A DNA stretch of 40,000 nt from Candidatus Binatus sp. Its GTDB lineage: Bacteria > Desulfobacterota > Binatia > Binatales > Binataceae. The notes under the pieces were generated by a model that saw nothing but the letters and a program-made list of their open reading frames with translations, made no database searches and was not told where the DNA came from. The stretch is from positions 10,490 through 50,489 of the forward strand of contig NZ_DATEQZ010000044.1 of assembly GCF_035272065.1 (NCBI RefSeq), given 5' to 3'. Positions 17,097-24,438 of this stretch are shown here, in pieces. A program made the position numbers and the translations under genes. How positions within the stretch are numbered: position 1 is the stretch's first letter; each line of letters begins with the position of its first letter.

Positions 17097-17591
17097 ATGC
17101 CATCGCGACTGTACTACTGGTTCGCGTTAGCTCTAAGCGTTGCGGGAATCGGATTGGCGCTAATAAACAATCAGCAGGACTCCGCAGCATTGGTGGCGTT
17201 CGTTATCGCCTTTGTCTTGATATCCGCAGGCGGCATCGGTGAACTATTGGTGCCGTTCTTACTGTGGCGATTCGGTCGTTTTGGGAAATGCGAACGTGCG
17301 ATCCGAGCGCGAATTAGACTAAGGGAATCACTTCTCAAACAACCCATTGTCACCCAAGATGAGGCGACACATTGGGACGCGCTAACTCAACAAGTTTTAC
17401 GAAAATTTCTTGGCGGAGAATGGCATAAGGAATTCAGAAACTTTCTGAGAGTTGGGCGTATTGACCAGGCGTTAGAAGAAGATCGTCGGCGCGTAGTATC
17501 TGCGAGAATTCACGTGCTGATTGATCTGAGGAAGGCGATAAAAAATCGTGCGATCAGCATCACGTTGAATAGGGATGTGAAACTGTCTTAA
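17097..17591 (+). CDS. two-TM membrane protein of unknown function (IS passenger)
   Basis: 164 aa. Two hydrophobic helices (YYWFALALSVAGIGLALI and LVAFVIAFVLISAGGIGELLVPFLLW) precede a charged, helical cytoplasmic-looking tail. No recognised family. Confidence 0.55.
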   Translation: MPSRLYYWFALALSVAGIGLALINNQQDSAALVAFVIAFVLISAGGIGELLVPFLLWRFGRFGKCERAIRARIRLRESLLKQPIVTQDEATHWDALTQQVLRKFLGGEWHKEFRNFLRVGRIDQALEEDRRRVVSARIHVLIDLRKAIKNRAISITLNRDVKLS

Positions 17592-17596
17592 GGCGC

Positions 17597-17785
17597 TTAA
17601 GCGCGGCGAGACGTTTGCGTGAGCAAGGGTTTGATCGCTTTGCCCAACGTTTTTTCAAACTTCTTGATGTCGGCGTCAGTCAGACTCTCAAACTCTTTTC
17701 TTATTCGCTGGTCGTCGGCGCGCTGCTCGGCGCTTGGTACGTATGGTTTGCGGGCCGGTCGGCCCTTTGCCCTTGTGGAAGCCAC
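17597..17785 (-). CDS. small basic hypothetical protein (62 aa, IS passenger)
   Basis: GTG-start ORF 32 nt downstream of the transposase on the same strand, with a Lys/Arg/Glu-rich helical-looking sequence. The antisense ORF 17615..17821 cannot be excluded as the real one. Confidence 0.35.
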   Translation of the reverse strand: MASTRAKGRPARKPYVPSAEQRADDQRIRKEFESLTDADIKKFEKTLGKAIKPLLTQTSRRA

Positions 17786-17817
17786 CGCGATATTCTAGCG
17801 CTTCCACGTTTGCGCGG

Positions 17818-18717
17818 CTAGTTACTGCACGTCGCAATCAAATCCGCGAATGCGTTTGAGTTTTTGCGGTTGTTGAGACGCCATGCGAATTCGTTCACAT
17901 AGAGCGGCAAATATTCCTTGCTGACTTTGTGATACGAACCGATGATCCCGCGCTTGAACAGACTCCAGAATCCCTCGATGGTGTTTGTGTGAGTAGTGCC
18001 GACAACGTACTCGCCAGCGCTGTGCCGAACCACGTGGTGATTCATGTCAGCGCCCAAGAGCCGGTATTCGCTGTGCTCGTCGGTCGCAACGAGTTTCACA
18101 TCTTTGGAAACGGTCTGGCGGACAAACTTGTCCAATTTCGCGGTGTCGGTATTCTCAATCACTTTCGCAACGATCATTCCCTTGCGGGCGATTGCGCCGA
18201 TGACAGCGATTTTGTTCTTTGTGCCGGTCAATGCGAGCGCCTTGCGCCGGCTGGCGTGCATATTGTGCGCTTTGCCGCCGACGAAAGTCTCGTCAACTTC
18301 CACTTCACCAGTGAGCGGCATCACGTCGCCCTTCATCGCGGCCCGCCAGCGCTGGCAGATATACCAAGTGGTCCGATAGTCGTGGCCAGAATCTTCACCG
18401 AACACGACGCGATGCACCTGTAGAGCGCTCATTCCTTTCTTCGCAGTCAGGATGAAGTAGGCGATGCGGAACCATAGCTTCAATTCAATCTTGGTATCTT
18501 GGAAGATCGTGTGTGTGATGACGCTGAATTTGTACCCGTTGCGACCACCACAATCTGCGTTGCGACAACGCCATTGATACGGCTTGATCGCGTAGACTTT
18601 CTCTTTGCGATTGCAGCGAGGGCAACGCACACCATCGAGCCAGCGCTGTGCGGCTAGAAAGTCTTTGCACGATTCTTCAGTTGGAAAGCGTCGGTCGAAT
18701 GCGCTTAGTGTTTCCAT
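17818..18717 (-). CDS. IS1595-family (ISXO2-like) DDE transposase
   Basis: 299 aa. The N-terminal zinc ribbon reads GVRCPRCNRKEKVY...WRCRNADCGG. The central VEVDETFVGGKAHNMH and C-terminal TNTIEGFWSLFKRG blocks are typical of DDE_Tnp_IS1595. Confidence 0.9.
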   Translation of the reverse strand: METLSAFDRRFPTEESCKDFLAAQRWLDGVRCPRCNRKEKVYAIKPYQWRCRNADCGGRNGYKFSVITHTIFQDTKIELKLWFRIAYFILTAKKGMSALQVHRVVFGEDSGHDYRTTWYICQRWRAAMKGDVMPLTGEVEVDETFVGGKAHNMHASRRKALALTGTKNKIAVIGAIARKGMIVAKVIENTDTAKLDKFVRQTVSKDVKLVATDEHSEYRLLGADMNHHVVRHSAGEYVVGTTHTNTIEGFWSLFKRGIIGSYHKVSKEYLPLYVNEFAWRLNNRKNSNAFADLIATCSN

Positions 18718-18723
18718 ACGCTG

Positions 18724-18752
18724 AATATAGACTTTTCAGCCGTGTGGGTCAA
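18724..18752 (-). promoter_or_regulatory. sigma70-like promoter for the transposase, partly inside the right IR
   Basis: The reverse strand reads TTGACC, then 17 nt, then TATATT, then 6 nt (cagcgt), then ATG. This implies a leaderless or near-leaderless mRNA. Confidence 0.45.
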
Positions 18753-18770
18753 TAGCAACACAATCACCCC
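18746..18770 (-). repeat. right terminal inverted repeat of the IS1595-family element
   Basis: The reverse complement reads GGGGTGATTGTGTTGCTATTGACCC. It contains the -35-like TTGACC of the transposase promoter. Confidence 0.6.
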
Positions 18771-18809
18771 GAGGGGAGGGGTTAGGGGTTGGGTTCCAAA
18801 CACGCGGAC

Positions 18810-19853
18810 TTAAGCGCGCGATTTGTGCGCGACTTCCGCCGGCACCACTTCGAGCATCCGTTGCTCCGTCCCGCGAATCACGACGACCGGCGTGCGCACC
18901 CCGACCTGGCTCATCGTGAGATGACGCTGCAAGTCGTCGATGCCGGCGATCGGAGAATCGCCGAGTCGAATCAACAGGTCGCCTTCCTTGATGCCGCCGA
19001 GCGCGGCCGGACTGTTCGCCTCGACCGATGCGACGCGCACCGCGGTCTCCGCGGGCAGCCGATAGAAGCGCACGAAGCGGCGCGGCAGCTCGACGTTGTG
19101 GCCGGCGATTCCGATGTAGCCGCGGCTTATCTTGCCGTCCTTGATCAGATGCCCCGCGACCAGCTTGGCGCTGTTGATAGCGATCGCGAAGCAGATTCCC
19201 TGCGCGGGCAGGATGATCGCGGTGTTGACGCCAATTACCTCGCCGCGCGAGTTGACCAGCGGCCCGCCCGAGTTGCCGGGATTCAGCGCCGCGTCGGTCT
19301 GGATGACGTTGTCGATCAGGCGGCCCGATCCCGCGCGCAACGACCGTCCGAGCGCACTCACCACGCCCGCGGTCACGGTGCATTGGAAGCCGTAGGGATT
19401 TCCAATCGCTATCGCGAGCTGGCCAACCCGAATCGCCTGCGAGTCGCCGAGCGACACGGCCGCCAGGTTCGAGCCGCTGATTCGAATCACCGCAAGATCG
19501 GTTTCCGGATCGTCGCCGATCAGTTGCGCGTCAGACTTGCGACCGTCGGAAAGCGTGACCGAGATTCGCGACGCGCGGTGAACGACGTGGCTGTTGGTGA
19601 TGATGTAGCCGTCGGGCGCGACGATAAAGCCCGATCCGCTGCCCGCCGGCGCGTCCGGATTGCGCGAATTGCTCCGCGATTCGGTCGCATGCGAGACCTC
19701 GATATTCACTACCGCTGGACTGACGGACTCGGCGGCGCCCGTCACGGCGCGCGAGTACGCGTCGAACAGACGCTCGTCGGACGAATCATGAGGGAACGGA
19801 CGGCTGCTGTTGCGTGCGGCGCCATCCGAAACCAGTTTCAAAGATGAACGCAT
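18810..19853 (-). CDS. htrA: HtrA/DegP-family S1C serine protease with C-terminal PDZ domain
   Basis: GSGFIVAPDGYIITNSHVV (His region), GNSGGPLVN (catalytic Ser) and a PDZ-like tail (GDLLIRLGDSPIAGIDDLQRHL). Confidence 0.9.
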   Translation of the reverse strand: MRSSLKLVSDGAARNSSRPFPHDSSDERLFDAYSRAVTGAAESVSPAVVNIEVSHATESRSNSRNPDAPAGSGSGFIVAPDGYIITNSHVVHRASRISVTLSDGRKSDAQLIGDDPETDLAVIRISGSNLAAVSLGDSQAIRVGQLAIAIGNPYGFQCTVTAGVVSALGRSLRAGSGRLIDNVIQTDAALNPGNSGGPLVNSRGEVIGVNTAIILPAQGICFAIAINSAKLVAGHLIKDGKISRGYIGIAGHNVELPRRFVRFYRLPAETAVRVASVEANSPAALGGIKEGDLLIRLGDSPIAGIDDLQRHLTMSQVGVRTPVVVIRGTEQRMLEVVPAEVAHKSRA

Positions 19854-19972
19854 TGTCGGTACTCCTGACCACTAAAGATAATCACGATTGCCCAGTTGTG
19901 ATGCGCGTCGAATCGTTATAAATCCTTGCCACTGCGGGGTTACTCACGATGAAGATGAGGGAGGGAGGCGTT

Positions 19973-20245
19973 ATGAGCGGACGCTCGATACGAGTTGCGG
20001 CGTGGATGGTCTCGGCGGCGACGATCGCGCTGGCGGGATGTTACATTTTCTCGCCGTCGCAGGCCCAGGAGAACAAGGCGCAGACCCAACTGCACTTCGA
20101 CCTCACCCAATGCGAGCAGACGGCGCCCAACCTTTACAAATGCCCGAGCGTCGACAAGTCGATTTGCGGAGCATTTTATTCGGGGCAGCAGGTCGATTGC
20201 CTGAAGGTGGATAACGACGGCAACGTGATCGTGATGAAGCAATAG
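19973..20245 (+). CDS. small lipoprotein, Cys-rich mature part
   Basis: ATG 19973 is preceded by GGGAGGGAGG. MSGRSIRVAAWMVSAATIALAGC contains a lipobox (LAGC). Four further Cys residues lie in the ~65-aa mature region. Confidence 0.6.
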   Translation: MSGRSIRVAAWMVSAATIALAGCYIFSPSQAQENKAQTQLHFDLTQCEQTAPNLYKCPSVDKSICGAFYSGQQVDCLKVDNDGNVIVMKQ

Positions 20246-20565
20246 AAGTCCGCTGAAAGTAGCATTTTAGGTCAGAAAGTACGTAAGCTTTGGCCGGCAA
20301 ATCGCGGCAGTTGCGGACTTGCGTACACGCCCAATAAATCACCATAGCTTACCTTGACGTAGCATCGATCCTCTGCCATGGTCACGTGACCGAGGCAATG
20401 AACCGCTCAGCCTCGACACGATGGCCAGCGATTCGCGTACCCGAAATCGAGGGTTTAGCCTTTACCCTCGAACAGCGCTAATCTGCCGGACGCGCTTACG
20501 ACGGGCCGCGATGGGCGGCGGCAGGCTTTAATTAGTAACCAAAGCAAAGAGCGTAAAAAGCAAGA

Positions 20566-22113
20566 TTGTCCACCGAGTTTGAAATAGCGCTCACGCTTCT
20601 CTCTGCGTTCCTGGTCGCGACCGCGATGATGCCGGTCGCAAAAGCCGCGTCTCTCCGCTTCGGCATCGTCGCGCAACCTTCGACCGACCGCCCCCATGAA
20701 AAGCCGACCGCGTTGCTCGGAGGCCTGGCCGTAATGGCCGCCTTCGTCGTCGCGATCGGCTTCGTCGGAATCCTGTCAGGGTTGCCGTATCACAGTATCC
20801 CGTGGCTCGCGGGGTTCGCGGTCGCGATGTGCCTGGTCGGATTGCTCGACGACATCGTCGATCTGCGGCCGCGCCACAAGCTGATGCTGGAGCTTGCCGC
20901 CATTTCTGCCCTCGTCTGGTGGGGGCCCCATCTCGACTTCTTCCCCTACCAGCCCGTCAACATCGCGCTCACGATTTTCTGGCTGGTCACCGCGACCAAC
21001 GCCTTCAACCTGATCGACGGGGTCGACGGCCTTGCCGCGGGAGTTGGAATTGTCGCCGCGTTGAGTATCGCCACGGTGGCCGGACTGCATCAGCACGACG
21101 GAACGATGCTCGCGGCGCTGGCGATTGCCGGAGCGCTGGCGGGATTCATGGTCTTCAACTTTCCCCCCGCTTCCGTCTTCATGGGTGACGAAGGCGCGCT
21201 TGCGGTCGGGCTGGTGCTGGGCGTGCTGTCGATTCAGGGCAGCCGCCTTGGCGAAGGTTCTCTGCCGGCGCGTTTCGCGATGCCATTGTTGGCGCTGATG
21301 GTTCCGCTGCTTGACACCGTGACCGTTACGGTGACGCGGCTGGCGACGGGAAATCCTGTCTCGAGGCGCGGCCTCGACCATTCGCACCATCGGCTGACTC
21401 GCCTCGGCCTGTCGTCGTGGAGGGCGGCGGCGGCGTTGATCGGCCTGCAGGTGATCGCGGGTGGATGCGCGATCGCGCTCAGCCTGGTGCCCGGATACGA
21501 CGCGGTGCTGCTGATTCCCTATATGGCGCTGTTTTTCGCGCTGGTCGCGTTGTTCATGATGGATCGATCGTTCGACGCGGAGGCGCCCGGTCAAATCGAG
21601 GACCTGCCCGCGCTCGCGCGTCATTCTGAGCTTCGGCTACAAGCGCCGCTTCGTCGAGTTGTTCCTCGATGCGGCGCTGGTGGTGGCGGCGGCGTATTTT
21701 GGCGCGATGCTCCTGCGATACGACTTCGACCTGAGCATCGCGCAGGTGGACCAGATGATTGCGGGCCTGCCGTGGATCGTGGCGATCGGCTGCTGCTCGT
21801 TCCTGGTGGCGGGCGTTTACCGGGGGATATGGCGCTACACGGGACTGGCGGAGGCCGTGCGCTTTGCGCTGGCGGCGATGATCGCGGGGCTCGCGGTCAA
21901 GCTGGCGTCGTCGTTCCTGCCGATAATCATTTCACGCGCGGCGGCAGTGATGTTCGTCCTGTTGTTGTTCAATTTCCTGGTCGGTACGCGCTGGTCGTTC
22001 CACTTGTTCCAGCGCATCGGCCGCTTCCTGGCGCATTCCGCAGGGCGCCTTGTGATTGTCGGCGCCGATGCTCGCGGCGCGGCGGCCGTTCAACATCTGC
22101 ACTCGGCGATTAG
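20566..22113 (+). CDS. MraY/WecA-family (GT4) polyprenyl-phosphate HexNAc-1-phosphate transferase; only about the first 350 codons look genuine
   Basis: TTG start. It is a multi-TM protein with LLDDIVDLRPRHKL and NAFNLIDGVDGLAAG motifs. After about 21615 the frame reads R/G/P-rich shadow sequence that overlaps 21659..22396. Confidence 0.7.
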   Translation: MSTEFEIALTLLSAFLVATAMMPVAKAASLRFGIVAQPSTDRPHEKPTALLGGLAVMAAFVVAIGFVGILSGLPYHSIPWLAGFAVAMCLVGLLDDIVDLRPRHKLMLELAAISALVWWGPHLDFFPYQPVNIALTIFWLVTATNAFNLIDGVDGLAAGVGIVAALSIATVAGLHQHDGTMLAALAIAGALAGFMVFNFPPASVFMGDEGALAVGLVLGVLSIQGSRLGEGSLPARFAMPLLALMVPLLDTVTVTVTRLATGNPVSRRGLDHSHHRLTRLGLSSWRAAAALIGLQVIAGGCAIALSLVPGYDAVLLIPYMALFFALVALFMMDRSFDAEAPGQIEDLPALARHSELRLQAPLRRVVPRCGAGGGGGVFWRDAPAIRLRPEHRAGGPDDCGPAVDRGDRLLLVPGGGRLPGDMALHGTGGGRALCAGGDDRGARGQAGVVVPADNHFTRGGSDVRPVVVQFPGRYALVVPLVPAHRPLPGAFRRAPCDCRRRCSRRGGRSTSALGD

Positions 22114-22396
22114 CGCGAACACCGAACTGCTGGGACTGCTGGACGACGACAGTTTCAAGCACGGCAAGCTGTTCCATGGCTACCCGGTGCTGGGCTCGCT
22201 CGCCGATCTGGAAACGATCATGGCGCGCACCCCCTTCGACGAAATCGTAATCGCACAAGAAACCCTGTCCGCCACGCAACTGGCCTTGCTCGAATCCTTC
22301 GCTCAGAGTCACCGCATAACCCTGCGCCGCTTCATGCTCGGCGTAACCGATCTAACCGCCCCCAAAATCTCCGACCGCCAACTCACCACCGCCTAA
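21659..22396 (+). CDS. CapD/WbpM N-terminal-like membrane + Rossmann-like (CoA-binding-type) domain protein, lacking a catalytic C-terminal domain
   Basis: TM helices are followed by RLVIVGADARGAAAVQHL...LLGLLDDDSFKHGKLFHGYPVLGSLADLETIM...DEIVIAQ. The same frame is open and homologous-looking upstream to 21560 (VILSFGYKRRFVE) but has no canonical start there. Confidence 0.65.
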   Translation: MFLDAALVVAAAYFGAMLLRYDFDLSIAQVDQMIAGLPWIVAIGCCSFLVAGVYRGIWRYTGLAEAVRFALAAMIAGLAVKLASSFLPIIISRAAAVMFVLLLFNFLVGTRWSFHLFQRIGRFLAHSAGRLVIVGADARGAAAVQHLHSAISANTELLGLLDDDSFKHGKLFHGYPVLGSLADLETIMARTPFDEIVIAQETLSATQLALLESFAQSHRITLRRFMLGVTDLTAPKISDRQLTTA

Positions 22397-22497
22397 CCAC
22401 CGCGGCCTTTTGAGCGACCGCAGTCGGGAGAGGCCGACGCTCGTCCACGCGCGGCGGGTGAGGAACCAAATTTCCGCGATTCTGGAGGCGTCGTTCA

Positions 22498-22962
22498 TCA
22501 GAAGGCGGGGACTGCGACTTGGGTTCGGGTGCGGCGGCGCCGGCTTAGATGCTTGGTCCGCGGCGTGATCTTCAGCCGCAGATGAGGCGTCGCGGCTCGA
22601 GTCTCGACGTTGCGGCGGAGTTCATGCTTCCAGGCCAGCATCCGGCGCCGCAACACGCTCGGGTTGATTCCCAGCGCGTCGCATACAGTGTCGAAGCTGA
22701 ATGCGTGACGGCATTTCGCGCTGGCCGTGATCCATCGCTCGGCATCGATGAACAACAGGCGCTTGCGCGTATTCCGCGACAGGACTCCCTGCTGATAGAC
22801 GTTGATCGCGTCGGCCAGCAACGCGAGCATCAGGCGCTGCTCGCCGGTCAGGCGATGGCCGCCGGAAAGGTCGTAGTATTGGCTGGGAAGAATCTGGTTC
22901 AGGCCGACGAAGCGTTCGACCGCGGTATCGGAAGTCAGCTGGAAACCTTCGGACATCTGCAA
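22498..22962 (-). CDS. small conserved hypothetical protein (paralog of 6015..6449), basic C-terminus
   Basis: Contains the GEQRLMLALLADAINVYQ, SFDTVCDALGI and HLRLK blocks. The track start is TTG 22962; ATG 22956 is equally possible. Confidence 0.7.
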   Translation of the reverse strand: MQMSEGFQLTSDTAVERFVGLNQILPSQYYDLSGGHRLTGEQRLMLALLADAINVYQQGVLSRNTRKRLLFIDAERWITASAKCRHAFSFDTVCDALGINPSVLRRRMLAWKHELRRNVETRAATPHLRLKITPRTKHLSRRRRTRTQVAVPAF

Positions 22963-23194
22963 AACCCCGGGGCGTTAGCGTCCTCGGGAGCGCATCCGGA
23001 ATGCTCCCGGCAGGACTCTCATCGACCGCGATGAGACGGTCCCCATGCGCTCTGTTAACCATCGAGTGTCGCCATTGGTTCCCAAAGTTGAAGGCTACAC
23101 GCCCGTCATCCAGTAATACCGACCGGGCATGCCCGCGGATTATTCCACCGCGCGGCGTATGGAGATCTCGCTGATTTTCGGAAGTCTCTCGGGG

Positions 23195-24211
23195 TCAGGT
23201 GGAGAGCTGATGGACCAGTTCAATCAGCGAGGGGTCCAGCGGGCGGCGCTTATTGGCGACCTCGCCCAGCGGGACGCAAACGATTGCGCCCCGCTCCTCG
23301 CCGATCAGTGAAGGTCCCGCGCCGTCGAGGACGGCCCGGACGGCGCCCGCGCCCATCCGGCTCGCGAGCAGCCGGTCGCGGGCCGTGGGCGCTCCACCGC
23401 GCTGAACGTGGCCGAGCACGACGACGCGCGCCTGCATCCCGAGCCGGGCGGTGAGGGCCTCGGCGACCGGGATTACGCCTCCGGTGCGCGGACCCTCCGA
23501 CACTACGACGATGGTCGAGCGTTTGCCGCGGCGATGGCTATCCTCGACGCGATCGCAGATGTCGTCCAGGCTGAACGGGAGTTCCGGCACGATGACGGCC
23601 TCGGCGCCGCCGCCGAGCGCGACCGCGATTGCGATAAAGCCCGAGTCGCGGCCCATCACCTCGACGCAGAAGACGCGCTCGTAGGCGAACGCGGTATCGC
23701 GGATTCGGTCGATGGCGTCGAGCGCGGTGTTGACCGCGGTATCGAAGCCGATCGAGTAGTCGGTGCCGGGAATGTCGTTGTCGATCGACGCCGGGATGAC
23801 AAAGATCGGGATGCCGGTCTCGCCGGCGAAGACCGTCGCACCGGTCATCGAGCCTTCGCCACCGACTACTATGAGCGCCTCGATCAGGTGACGTCTCAGG
23901 TTGCGGGCCGCCAGGCCGCGGGCGGCGGGTGTGCGGAACTCCGGCGAGCGCGAGGTCTCGAGGAAGGTGCCGCCGCGCTGGATCATGTTGGCGACGGAGC
24001 GGCCGCTGAGCGGCTCGGCCAGGTCGCGGATGAGACCCTCGTAACCACGCCTGAATCCGATCACGTCGATTCCCGCGACCGCCGCGCTGCGGACCACGGC
24101 GCGAATCGCGGCGTTCATGCCGGGGGCATCGCCGCCGGCCGTGAGAATTGCGATTCGGCGGGTACGCGCGCCGATCCGGTCGGGAGATTCGCTGTTGCCG
24201 TTGCTGTCCAT
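23195..24211 (-). CDS. pfkA: ATP-dependent 6-phosphofructokinase
   Basis: ILTAGGDAPGMNAAIRAVVRSA, VVGGEGSMTGA and PASIDNDIPGTDYSIGFDTA motifs. Confidence 0.92.
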   Translation of the reverse strand: MDSNGNSESPDRIGARTRRIAILTAGGDAPGMNAAIRAVVRSAAVAGIDVIGFRRGYEGLIRDLAEPLSGRSVANMIQRGGTFLETSRSPEFRTPAARGLAARNLRRHLIEALIVVGGEGSMTGATVFAGETGIPIFVIPASIDNDIPGTDYSIGFDTAVNTALDAIDRIRDTAFAYERVFCVEVMGRDSGFIAIAVALGGGAEAVIVPELPFSLDDICDRVEDSHRRGKRSTIVVVSEGPRTGGVIPVAEALTARLGMQARVVVLGHVQRGGAPTARDRLLASRMGAGAVRAVLDGAGPSLIGEERGAIVCVPLGEVANKRRPLDPSLIELVHQLST

Positions 24212-24348
24212 GGAGATAGCGAGCGATTTTTCAGTGCCTATCGCTCACTATCGAATCTAACGAGCGCGCCGAGTAGAACCAAACCGGCGCGAGACGCCGT
24301 ATGTTGGTGCCGAAGCGATACGCGCTGCGAGCCAGGATCCGGAATTGC

Positions 24349-24420
24349 CTCACCCCCTGCGGGAAGAGGCCGCCCTGTCCTAGGAAGCGGGAAACCCACG
24401 GGGTTCACATTCAATAAAAT
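24349..24420. repeat. intergenic palindromic repeat, family A, copy 4 (degenerate)
   Basis: GCGGGAAACCCACGGGGTTCACATTCAATAAAATGAC parallels GCGTGAAACCCACGGTGGGTTTCACATTAGATGAAGTGAC at 11319-11358. It is preceded by a G/C-rich CCTCACCCCCTGCGGGAAGAGG segment. Confidence 0.55.
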
Positions 24421-24438
24421 GACTTACCGTTCCATGCG

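Larger units (their letters stand above)
16109..18768. mobile_element. IS1595-family insertion element carrying passenger ORFs (~2.66 kb)
   Basis: Imperfect terminal inverted repeats lie at 16110-16132 and 18746-18770. Flanking near-identical octamers are CCGAGGGA (16101-16108) and CCGAGGGG (18769-18776). G+C drops sharply relative to both flanks by eye. An ISXO2/IS1595-type transposase sits at the right end. Confidence 0.7.

Noticed and set aside
20246-20312. Inverted repeat AAGTCCGC ... GCGGACTT just after the small lipoprotein gene, as a terminator
   Set aside because: The 8-bp arms are separated by a ~50-nt loop and have no T tract, so this is not a credible intrinsic terminator.
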